From: Vicugna vicugna
Lineage: Eukaryota
NCBI GenBank assembly: GCA_013265495.1
Contig: MU058557.1
Location: 436,001-472,927 of the forward strand
DNA length: 36,927 nucleotides
Reading direction: 5' to 3'
Shown here: piece after piece, positions 1 through 10,199 of the stretch
Numbering within the stretch: the stretch's first letter is position 1
Layout of the letters: each line of letters begins with the position of its first letter
Position numbers and translations under genes: made by a program
The notes under the pieces: generated by a model
What the model saw: only the letters and a program-made list of their open reading frames with translations
What the model was told of the DNA's origin: nothing
The model's database searches: none

Positions 1-495
1 CCGCCCTCCCCCTGTGGCCCTCCCTCTGCGGGACTGTCCCGGCTGCTGGGCCGTGCGCGGGGAGGCCGCCGTGTGCCGGCCGCGGTGGGGCGGGCGCGGG
101 TCTGTGTACCGCAGGACTGGAGAATGTTCACGTGCGCTCTGTAAAACTGGTGCTGGAACAGAATTTTAAGACTAAATTTAAGTCTAGAACTAAAGAAATC
201 TGGACACGTCCGTTACAGCCCCTCGATCTTGAGGGCAGTCGACCGCAGGGCTGGCTGGGTAGTGCGTTCGCCCCGTGACCCTGCCGGGGGCTCTGAGACC
301 TCCCACAACTTCTAGATCTTTTTCGCTGGTTTACAAGTAAGACTGCCCTCTCCCCACCCCCACCCCACGCTTCCCATTTCTCATGCTTTTTCTCCCTTCT
401 CTAGTCCTTAGCCAGAAAGGGTTGTTTTCTTTCATGCATTTCTTAGTATCAGTGATGTACAGCTCATTTTATTAAAAAGTTATCCTACAAAGTGG
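1..495 (+). other. CDCA4: Probable distal 3' UTR of the upstream + strand gene (CDCA4 by synteny)
   Basis: No coding signal. ATTAAA at 471-476 is followed by a GT-rich tract (gtggacatgtgttgtc, ~492-507). Gene identity rests only on the known CDCA4-CLBA1-AHNAK2 order in mammals; no CDCA4 coding sequence is in the window. Confidence 0.5.
471..476 (+). terminator. Polyadenylation signal ATTAAA
   Basis: ATTAAA hexamer, with TGTA upstream (456-459) and a GT-rich element about 15-30 nt downstream. Confidence 0.55.
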
Positions 496-660
496 ACATG
501 TGTTGTCAGTCACCTACCGCGTCTAAATCCTTGAGTGGATCTGCTTTTCTGGTTCAGTTCAGCCAGATTATCTAATGGAGCCAGTGGGGGTGGGAAGGGG
601 TTTCAGGTGGGTGTGTTGGTAGGCAGGGGAATGAATTTTTAAAAAAATATATTTAATTAA

Positions 661-798
661 TTTTTGGGGTTTTTTTTTGCTTGAGGGGGGAGGTAATTAG
701 GTTTATTTATTTACTTATTTTTTTAACAGAGGTACTGGGGCTTGAACCCAAGGCCTTGTGCAAGCTGGGCACGCGCCCCACCACTTGGGCTCTCCCCC
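661..798 (-). mobile_element. tRNA-derived SINE (camelid Vic-1-like)
   Basis: Minus strand reads GGGGGAGAGCCCAAGTGG (A-box-like) ... GGGTTCAAGCCCCAGTACCTC (B-box), then an A-rich linker, AAACCTAATTACCTCCCC and an A-rich tail. Similar to the copy at 28371-28508. Confidence 0.8.
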
Positions 799-2399
799 AC
801 CCGGGATGTCTTCATTACCCGACCGCACAGGGCTTCAGGGGCACGCTGCTCCCCTCCCCAGCACAGCGGTGGGGGACAGGTGTGGGACAGGGCCCTTGGA
901 TCTGGGCCGGGGCTGGGGCCCCAGCGGTGCGGGGAGCTGTGGGTGAGACGTGGGCCGGGCAGCATCCATGAGGTGCTGCTTTCAGATTTAAAGGTATTTT
1001 CTCCTTGGGTCAAGTGTGTTTTATAAGCCGCACACCTGAAGCTGTGCTTTGTGTCTCTAGCATTTCTGTCTACAGGGAATTTGCTCGGTTGCCGAGTAGC
1101 GGCAGGGCCCACGGTACGCGGGCGGGGGCGGGCAGTGGGCGGCGCCTGTGCCCCGGCTTTGGCTTCAGGGCCCCATCTGCTGGCGTGGCTGAGCCCTGCC
1201 GCCTCTCTGCCCTGCTTTGCTTTTCCTAGTTCTTCCCCAGCTGCCCACTGTCGTTCTGGGGCCCCTGGTGTTGCTGATGGTCTAGAAGTCCCAGGCGGGG
1301 CGAGGTGGGGCTCTGCTGGATCTCTCTGCCGTCCCAGCCGGGCTGGCCGATGGGCACCTGGACACCGACCCCCCGGAAGCATCAGCGCATCTCCAGAGAG
1401 GAGCAGGGGCAGGTGGCCAGTTGCTGATGCTGGGTTTGAACATGGACGTGCAGGACTCCCTCCAAGCTCCCACGTGCGCGTGGCCACGGTGTTTTGTCCA
1501 CTTTGCAGAAGGAAAGTGCCAGCCGCAGTTGTGTGGCCGCCATCTTCAGCCCGCCCCCTCCCGTCCCCCTGGCCGGCTGGCAGAGCTTCGCGCAGATCTG
1601 GGCTCCGGGTGAGGGAAGCTTTGTGTGCAGCGAGTCACAGTACGTCTTTGCAGCTGCTTCTGCACACAGAGATTCTGGAAGTGTTCCCAGCCCTGACAAC
1701 CTCTTGGTCAATGGTGAGTCCTTAAGTTGGAAGACTTCTGAACCATCAATAATAAACATACATCGTGCTATCTTTATGGACGATGAGTGATACGAAGTTA
1801 CTGTCACTGAGAAGGAGATTAGAAAGCTCACAGTCAGGAAACTGGGGCACACACTGCTGTGTCGGGTAGTGGTTAATCGCAGCTCTGTTCCTTTTCTGGA
1901 CTTGGTGAACTTCCCTCTAAACTGCCTCCCCGGCTTCCTCCCGGCTTTGGTGTTGTATTTTCATCCCCACCTGGTTTCTGAATAAGCATCGTCAAGTGTC
2001 CTCCTAGCTGTCTGTTGCTTCCCACCCCGCCCGGCTGGTTCCTGGGCTGGCAGACTCCAACAACTGGGTCCTCGGCGTCTGTTGGCCTCCATGTACGTGG
2101 TCACCCCAGACACCTCCAGTGTGGGGGCATCAAGGAAGGCGGGCTCTCTTTTGCATCATGGCTGGCGTCCCCACAGGCCTGTGTCCCCAAACCCACCTCT
2201 GTGACGCCAGTGGAGCCTTGGTGAGTGGCTCTGGGTGTGGCCCGCTGCACACAAGTGCTCCCCGTCCACAGGAAGAGACGGGTCTTCTGCCAAGGTCAGT
2301 GAGGTCAAGCTGGTTGCATACGTGTGTGCAGGCCTGCACACGGCCGTCACATACGTGGCTCCATGTGGCCGCCCCAGTCACGACGCGTGGGTAGGGCTT

Positions 2400-2910
2400 C
2401 CTTCATACTCATCCTGTGTGGGGTCATGAGATTCTTGGATCTGTGGATTACAGTCTGCCATCACTTTTGGGAAGTTGTTGGCTGTTAAACTTCTGAACAT
2501 TTCTCCTGCTCTCTCTCCCCTCTGCTCTGGCTTCTGCGGCTCCAGTTACACGTAGGTTAGACCGTCTGCTCTTGGACTGTTGTTTTCTGTGTTCCATTGG
2601 GCATTTCTGTTGACCAGTCTTCACGGTCGCTGGTCTGTTCTGCTGTGTCTGGTCTTCTGTTAACCCATCTGAAGATCATTGCTTATGATACCATAGTTTT
2701 TATTCCCAGCATTTCATCTTGTTCTTTTTCATAACGTCCATGCTTCTGCTGAAACTTTCCATCTCTTCCTGTGTTGTCCACTTTTCACTAGAGCCTCACT
2801 GCTTCTGCCTTGGCTGTTTTACAGTCTCCGAGTTACCGTTTGGGCAATCTCTGGTTCTGCTGCTGCTGACCGTGGGTCGCTGTCTTGTGACGTCTCACTG
2901 TGTGCCAGGC
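2400..2910 (-). mobile_element. Old LINE-1 (L1M-type) fragment
   Basis: T-rich, CpG-poor block in a GC-rich context with typical antisense L1M phrases (ttttgggaagttgttggctgtt, ctccagttacacgtaggttagacc, cccagcatttcatcttgttcttttt). Boundaries approximate. Confidence 0.6.
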
Positions 2911-4552
2911 ATTCAGCACAGAACAGCAGAGTGAGTGATGCCCTGCCGGGTTCCTGCAGTGGGAGTCGCCGTGGCCTGCAGACTGCGGTTCCGAGGGTGG
3001 TGTCGGGACCGCAGCAGCAGCCGGGCCTGCGGTCTGAGCGTTGGCAAAATTCTGGGGAGGAGCCTGAGCCATGTTTTTACATTTTTAGATCCCTGGAGGG
3101 TTCTCTCCACTCTCCGTCCCAGGTCTTCCTGCCGCCTCTTCCCCAGCCTTTAAGGGCCCAGAATACTCCCAGAGCGCGTACTCAGCTGCCCTGTGCAACC
3201 TCTGGACTTGGTGGCAGGGACCCCAGAGTGCCCGCCAGAGGCCTTCTCACTTCCTATCCCCGCCCCCTTCTGGGAGAGGCTGCCTTTCCCTGGAGGGACT
3301 TCCTGCAGCTCACCCCCCGCCCTTGGCATCTACTCCGAGTGCTCAGCGAAGACGGAGGGCTGGAGGACAGGCCCGGACTGTCCACTGGGGCTACTCAGGA
3401 CTGGACCCTACTGGCTCAGCGAGGAGCCAAGCCTCGCTTGCTGCGGCTGGGCCCTCTCCCTCTGCTCCGCCAGGGGTGCTAAGAGCGGCCATGGCCTCGT
3501 CCACTGCTTGCTTCAGGTGTCTCGAGTTTGCTTGTGTCGTCAGCTCTGTGTACTTTAAACTGCGGCCTTGCAGCTGATTGGGCTTGTTCTGGTCAGGGGG
3601 AGCGACTGCCTCTTGTTCGCTGTACATCTGAATCGGAGGTGACCAGTCAGCCCTTACCTGTGTGCCCGTCTTTCCCGGTTCAGAAAGTCCCCTCCTGGGG
3701 CAGATGGCCTGGACAACAGGTCACAGACTCAGGGCCAGACTTGGTTCCTGATTAGATGGGGGGGGCGGGGCTTCTGGTTTGAGGACTGGGTAGCGGAGGA
3801 GCACAGTGGGGATGGGAATGGAGCTGAGATTTGGGACCTGCGGAGTCTGGGGCTCTTGTGGGGACAGTCCTGCTGGACACTGCGCTGGGGAGGGGGCATG
3901 GCTTACAGCCAGCAGGGCAGGAGGGCAGCCGTGGGGACAGTCAAGTGCCGGCATCCAAGTTTGAATCTTGGGGGGAGGAGGCCGAGTGGCCTCGTTTGGG
4001 CTTTCACGTCTAACTTCAAGCAAAGGTGGGAAGTGACAGCACGTCCCAGCTGGCCTCTGCCGGCAGGGGCCCCAGTGCAGGCGCTGCCCTTGATGGGAGC
4101 AGCACGGCAGAAAAGCAGGTTCCAAATTTCCACTTTTTTCTGGCTGAAGATGAGAGCGTAAGACAGATTTCCCAAACATAGGGCACCAAAAAAAATCTGT
4201 TACCCTTAACATAAGCCTTGACATGACAGGCGGCCTGTGGGGGGTGCTGGGGTGCAGGGTGACACTAGGGGCCTCCTCCCAAGTGACAGGTGACATCTGC
4301 TGTCACCACTGTGTCCCGGCTGTGCCACTGACGCCTGCACTGATGGAGCTGTGGTCTCCCAGCCTCGAGGGGCCTTGGGGGGGACAGTGACGGCTGGGGC
4401 CCCACTCTGTGTGTGTGCCAGTCCTGCCCGCCTGACCCCCAGGCCTCTCCGAGGGACCGCAAGGGCTGCCTGGCAGGCTGGCAGGACAGGGTTTCCAGCC
4501 CAAGTCCCCAAGGAGTGGGCGATTCAGCAAGAACACAGCTCGTCCAGGCTGT

Positions 4553-4558
4553 TTTACT
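4553..4558 (-). terminator. Candidate variant polyA signal (AGTAAA) for CLBA1
   Basis: Minus strand: TGTA (4573-4570), AT-rich spacer, AGTAAA, then TGTGTTCTT (4537-4529) downstream. About 590 nt past the CLBA1 stop. I saw no AATAAA closer to the stop. Confidence 0.4.
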
Positions 4559-5144
4559 TCATAAAATTTTACAAGTCAGTGCCGACGGCTGGGCTCTGCC
4601 CTGGGAAGGGGGTTTCCTCAGCCGACGACCAGGGAAGCTTGCACACTGGCAGGCAGGCAAAGGGGGGTGCAGGCGTGGATAAGCTCACACACTTCGGGGA
4701 AACAGCACCCCCTGCCCTGCCCCCCACCTCATGCCCTGCAGCCCTGGAACCCGGGGCCGGGGACAAGCGCAGTAGTAATGCACGCAGGACCTTCCAGGTC
4801 CCTGCACGGCTGCTTCCGGGGACAGTCCCAAACACGGGCTGCCCGGACGGTGCAGGGCAGGTGGCCAGGCACCTTCACTGTGTCGGGGCCCCAGACTCAG
4901 GAGCCACCACTGTTCCTCAGGCTGGGGTGGGGCTCCTGGGGGCCCAGGTGAGGACTAGCTCTGCCCAGGGACAAGGGTCACCCTGTCCAGCAGAGCCTCA
5001 GCCCCACAGGAGCCGGGGAGGGGAGGCAGGGGGGCAGGGTGGGTCCCTGGACCACCCTGCCACAAGATAGTTCTGGTTTCCAGCACCAAACCAAACTCGT
5101 AAGATAATGAAAAATTCCTCATAAAGATACAAAGTCCTTCCGCT

Positions 5145-5309
5145 TTAGCAAACATCACTGTTAAACAATGTCATTTTTAGATTACGTGGAGTGAAAATCT
5201 TCTTTTTCCGTGGAATTGTGATGAGCTGCCGGTTTCCGTGGAAGGGGGTCTTCAGGAAGAGGCTGTATGTGATCAGGCTGCCCTGTCTGCTGCCAGGCGT
5301 CCCTGTGAG
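5145..5309 (-). CDS. CLBA1: CLBA1 last coding exon: [54 protein letters not shown]
   Basis: Acceptor cctgccag, phase 0, 165 nt ending in TAA at 5147-5145. Matches the recalled human C14orf79 C-terminus (...[10 protein letters not shown]). Confidence 0.93.
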   Translation of the reverse strand, partial: LTGTPGSRQGSLITYSLFLKTPFHGNRQLITIPRKKKIFTPRNLKMTLFNSDVC

Positions 5310-5963
5310 CTGGCAGGACGGAAGGACGGGTCAGGGGTCAGCACATGCACCACGAGAAATGCCAGCGGCCTGTCTGTCCCCTGAGGTGGCCACGCCTGCC
5401 ACTGGGCCCCCAGGGTCTATACCCACGTGTTGTCACCACGGAGGTGCAACAGACAGAAGTGCACGGCTGTGACTCCTGAAGCACCTGCCCCAAGGGGGAC
5501 ACACTCTGCCCCAGGGCCATGTCGGCTCCCTCCTCCCAAGGGTTCTGGACCCTGGCCTGTGGCCCCCACTCCAGATCAGAGCCTGGTGGTGGACACACCA
5601 CCGTGTGCTGTCCCATCTTTTCCCAGGGTCGGGGTGCGTCCAGAGCAAACCCCCGCTGAGCTGCTCATCCTGGGCATCTGGAGGACAGGCCCCTCTGGGC
5701 CTAGTCGTGGCCCTCCACCCCCAACACCTGGTCCGGAGGTGGGAGGGAGACCCTGCTCCCGGGGAGGCTTCTCCTCAGCCTGGTAAAGCCCCTTTCCAGT
5801 CCCCTTCCTGCCGCCTGGGCCCCACCCTGACAGGCGGTGCTTGCGGGTCTAGCAGGGCCTTCAGACCACGGAGGAAAGCTGCTGCGCGGACCCTGCGGCC
5901 ACCCAGCCCTGGGGCCGGGCCTGCCACCCTCCTAGCTGCCCGGCTCAGCCCCGACCAGCTCAC

Positions 5964-6077
5964 CTGGGTCTGGATCAGGGCTCCGCAGCGCGGCAGACAG
6001 CAGCTGCGTACCATGGGCTCTGCGTGCCCCTGGAGGTCTGGGTCCTCCCGCATGTGGCCCTGGCCTGTGGAACGGCT
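5964..6077 (-). CDS. CLBA1: CLBA1 coding exon 4: SRSTGQGHMREDPDLQGHAEPMVRSCCLPRCGALIQTQ
   Basis: Acceptor ctccctcag, donor CAG|gtgagc, 114 nt, phase 0/0. Similar to human GGQGHIMEDCDL...CKALIQTK. Confidence 0.9.
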
Positions 6078-7162
6078 CTGAGGGAGCAAAGCAGTGTGGG
6101 CCGGAAGGAAGGCCGCTGGAGGATGCTTTTCCCCCATTTTTCCTTTTTACCCCAGGCCCTTCAGTGTGTCTCCCTGTAAGCCAGCACTGGTGGCCAGCCC
6201 GTCCCGCCCCTACCCCTCACCACAGAGCCCCTTCTCAACCGAGGTCTTTGCCGCCCCCTCCCCGTTTCCATGGGAGGAAGACACGGCAGCCGGGGGCCCT
6301 TGTCAGGGTCCAGCCCTGTGTGGCCCTGGCAGCCACTCCTGTGCCCATGTTCCCCCGGCCTGCCTGCTGGCCCCTTCTGCATTTCCCATGCCTGAAAGTT
6401 TCCATAATATTAAAAATGGAAAAAGGTCTTTGCCAACTTGGTTACTGAAAGACAGCCCTCCTTGCAACTCACATGTTCTCTGATAACTCCTGAGTCGTGT
6501 AAGTTGGGTCTCGAGGAGACTAGTCAGCCATGGCCCTTGCCGTGGCCTTCCTGAGCCTTTCCCACCCCGTCTTTGCTCTGGCTTTGCCGGCTCCCACCTC
6601 CGAGGACCTGCCTGAGCTAACCCCACACCTCCGCCTACACCTGCTGTGGACCCTGAACATGTTCACGCTGGAGCCCCGGCCCCACGCCCCCCCCACCTGC
6701 AGAGGCTCCCGTGGCGCAGATGCGCCCCGCAGCCCCCAGCAGACAGCGATCCTCTATCCACCCTCCACGGCTACTCCTGGGCAGCCCGTTGCAACATCAC
6801 CATGTTCTGCCCTGCACCCCTGGCACCGGGCGCCGAGGGCAGGGCTGCACTTGGATGCCCGTTGGCCTGGCACAGGGCAGGTGTGTAATGAGTCAGACAA
6901 GGGGCACCCGCTCTGCTTCGCCCCTCCCCTGCCTCCCCTGCCAGAGTCACCCCCGAGAAAGTCAGGGTCCTGGGCAGGTGTGCCCCTCTACAGACCTGCA
7001 CGTTTTCCCCACTAGCAGAGCTTCCTGGCAGCAAGGCCCACCCACCCTCGTCCTGGTGGGGGACCCTGAGATGTGCTGTGGCCACAGGGTGGCTGGAAAG
7101 TTGCTGTGAAGTCCAGCCGACCCCTAGGAGACTCCCAGCCACCTCCACCTATGTCACTTCAC

Positions 7163-7292
7163 CTTCCGAGCAGCATCAATTCCGAGAACAAGGAGGAAGT
7201 TTTCCTGGCAGCGGGACTCACTCCAGAGACACTGGGAAGTCAAAATGGTCTTGGCGTTCTGAAGAGCTCTCCAGAGTTTTCTAGATTCAGAA
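7163..7292 (-). CDS. CLBA1: CLBA1 coding exon 3: (C)[43 protein letters not shown] (aftiphilin-related conserved region)
   Basis: Acceptor ttttccag, donor AAG|gtgaag, 130 nt, phase 2/0. Matches human [10 protein letters not shown]...[19 protein letters not shown]. Confidence 0.93.
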
Positions 7293-7529
7293 CTGGAAAA
7301 GAGGTGCAATTGTTATAGGGCAACCTAGAAAGCCTTCAGAATGGAAGCACGAGAGCGCCTGGCCTGTTAGAGTCCTCAGAACAGAGCCTGGCCATCTCAC
7401 TTGTCTGCTCATTTATTCAGACACCCACTATCCTGCAAGCACCCAGCACTGCCCCTCCTTCCTGCTTGATTCCGCTCCACAGAGCACATGCCTAGTGCTA
7501 AGTGGCTCATTTCATCACTGAGTGTCTCT

Positions 7530-7632
7530 TCCAAGGGCAGAAGCTCTGTGAGACCAGATATTTTTCTGGTCTTGTTCCCTGATGATCTTGAGTGCCTAGA
7601 GCCATGCTGGGTGCCACAGAGATGCTCAAAAC
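7530..7632 (+). mobile_element. LINE-2 3' end fragment
   Basis: agaagctctgtgagaccaga...ttgttccctgatg...tgcctagagccatgctgg...atgctcaa resembles the degenerate L2 3' terminus. Confidence 0.55.
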
Positions 7633-8544
7633 CGGGAGGAGAATGACTGCCCAGAGGAGTGAACACGAGTGTCTGCTGCAGCCTCCAGTAGAGAAGGCAG
7701 GGCGGGTGCACAGACAGCTACAGTGGGAACAGTTGCCCCAAGTAGAGTCACTTTCAGACCCCACGTAACTCCATAGTGTTCCTGTCACTCATCGTCCAGT
7801 CTGCCCGGTCCCAACACCAAGACCACCTCTGGGTGCCCCAGACTCATGCCGCTGGCCTGCCAGCCTGGACCGTGACCTGGGGAGGCAGCATGTCCACAGG
7901 GCACGCCAGCCCCCTGGGCCAGGCTCTGGCCTCTGTGCCCAGGCCTCTGCCAGGTGTGCCCTAGGCAGGCGTGGGCTTGGACCCCAGCCAGAGCTCAGGT
8001 CTGCCCGCACAGCTCTCTGCCGAGGTCTCAGCCTGCTCAGCAGGGCATGCGGAGGGGAGCAGGGAGGCCAGCTCCCACCCGCCTTCACCCCTCCCTCTGG
8101 GGCCTGGGTCCAGCTGGTCTCAGGCTATCGCTTAATTGAGTTAAACTGATTGTTCTCTCAGTGCTCAGTAAAAGGGCGTCTTAGAAAGTGGCCATCTGCA
8201 AACAACTGCCTCTGTGATTTCCCTTAGGGACCTGGCCAGGGAGTGTCAGGCTGGCAGGCACCCCAGGAGCACAGGTGGGCTGATCCCCCTGGCTGAGAAA
8301 GTCTCCAGGGCACTGGCTAGGGAAGGGGGGCAGGGGCGGGGCCTGAGGGGAGGGGCTGTGGCAGGGCATGAACCTGAACCTGGGCTACCTGGTCCTTTGG
8401 CCCTGGGACCAAAGGTGGCAGGATTTCAGGAGAGACAACACTCCACAGAGGTAAAAACAAAAGACCCCCGCATCCACCATTTCGACCAAAAGTGTTACTG
8501 CTGAGCGGCTGGGAGAAATATTAGCTCCTGCTTAAGTTCATTAC

Positions 8545-8690
8545 CACAGTGTCTGCACAGGTTCAAGGCCAGGTGCTTCTTCCTTGCTTGCTTCTAAGAA
8601 ACCGTCTAAGGTGGAAACAGCTTCAGTTACCTGCTGGATGGGCACTTCTTGAAAAGCAAACTTAAAAATGTTCTCATAGCTGAGAAGGAG
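8545..8690 (-). CDS. CLBA1: CLBA1 coding exon 2: [48 protein letters not shown](C)
   Basis: Long polypyrimidine acceptor tttttttcag, donor TG|gtaatg, 146 nt, phase 0/2. Matches human LSYENILKCAFQE. Confidence 0.93.
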
Positions 8691-9740
8691 CTGAAAAAAA
8701 GAAAAAAAATACCAAAGTCAGGAGAAATACATAAGTTATGTCACCTTATTCCAAATATATAATTTGGGTACAAATGAGATTTGTAAATGATGATACCGTT
8801 ACTGCTATTATGACATGACGTGTTCCTGCCTAACAATCCCTGCTTGAGGCAGAATCATGCAACGAAGACCACAGAGTGTGTGGGGAGAGTGCAGTTAGGA
8901 CACAACTGATGAACTTCATCAGTGACACATGGGAAAAGAGAGGCTCCCAGCAAAAACGTGAGCAGTCTTCTCATGTGTTGAGGGAGAAACCCACCCCTCC
9001 TCCAATAAACAGCATTTCCCAGAAAAAGACCTGAAGTGCGCAGGTTGTGAGTGGGTGGGAAGTGCTGGAAGGTGGGCTGTCTGCGGTCAGGGTGGGGACC
9101 CTAACCCCCATGAGGAGCGGTAAGGCACACCTAGGTGGGCTGGGAGAAGTGGGAGTGTGTGTGGTGTATGTACTTGCACGGGCCTCCATTCAGCAGGTGC
9201 ATTTACCTGGTGTTTCCTGCAAAGTTCACATTATGATCAGATTGTTCCCTGATATATTAATTGAGTTGGAAGACAGTCCTGTCCTGGAGGTTAGGGCAGA
9301 GAAAGGGGGCTGAGTCTTGGGCTCTCCAGGCTGTCTCCAGCACCTGGTCACTAAACACACACTGAAATGTGGCCCTTGGTGGGGCTTTCCAATTAAATAG
9401 ATTAATGACTCCGACAAAATGCACTTCACCCACATGCCCTGAACTGGGCCAGGAGAGCACAGCCTGGTTGATGGGCAGATGGGAAGGTGGAGGCAGGAGG
9501 CAGATGTGGCCAGACCCGGGAGGAGTGAGCACAGAAGGCGCCCAGCTCCCGTGTTGCCCCCTGGGGCAATCCATCTCTGGCTTAGGAGGACAGGACAGCC
9601 AGCCATGTGGCCCACGACCAAGGCCTAGAGAGCAGCAGACCCCCTCCCTGGCCAGCCCACGAGAGCCTGAGGTCCACGGGCCTTTCAGCATATAAAACAC
9701 TTCCTTTGCAACATGGTGAAGATGAGTACTTTAGAAATAC

Positions 9741-10145
9741 CTCAGAAGGTGAGATGGTGGCGGTTCCCGTCGCCCAAGGTCCACCCTGGTGAGGCTGGCG
9801 AGAACCATACTCCTTTGGGGCAGAAGTGGTTCTAGGCAGCTGAGTCTCTGCGGGCCTCTCTGGGAGCTCAAAGGACCGAGAGAATTGTTCAGACTTGGCC
9901 GAGGACTCCCTGAAGCCTTCAAACTCCCCCCAGGCACCGCTGCGTTCCCCTGGGTCTGGGCCACCGGCACTGCCACGCCCAGAGATCCTGGCGGCCCCGC
10001 CCGAGGAGGGAAGGAGGGAGCGGGTCTTCGCCCACGGCACAGCGTCACCGCTCGGCCTCCCAGGTGCCGGGCTTGCACCGCTGTCTTTAGAAGCCTCCCC
10101 TGCTTCCTCTGCCAGTTCACTCAAAAACGCGCAGAGAGGGGGCAT
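9741..10145 (-). CDS. CLBA1: CLBA1 coding exon 1: MPPLCAFLSELAEEAG...WGEFEGFRESSAKSEQFS...TISPSE
   Basis: Part of ORF 9582..10373(-). Contains the conserved PDPGE-S--WGEFEGFRESSAKS block; donor GAG|gtattt after 9741. The start codon is uncertain: ATG 10145 gives 319 aa and in-frame ATG 10235 gives 349 aa. Confidence 0.88.
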
Positions 10146-10199
10146 CTGGCCAGCTGCCCCCCCAGCTCCTGTTGGCCTTGTGTGTCGGTGCCGCCAGGT

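Noticed and set aside
723..1487. 254-aa minus-strand ORF
   Set aside because: Low-complexity composition, it ends inside a SINE, and it shows no recognisable homology.
8905..8923. Perfect 9-bp inverted repeat ACTGATGAA-C-TTCATCAGT containing a C-box-like TGATGA in a CLBA1 intron
   Set aside because: I found no D box (CTGA) or terminal stem at snoRNA spacing on the host strand, and it is too short for a pre-miRNA. Probably chance.
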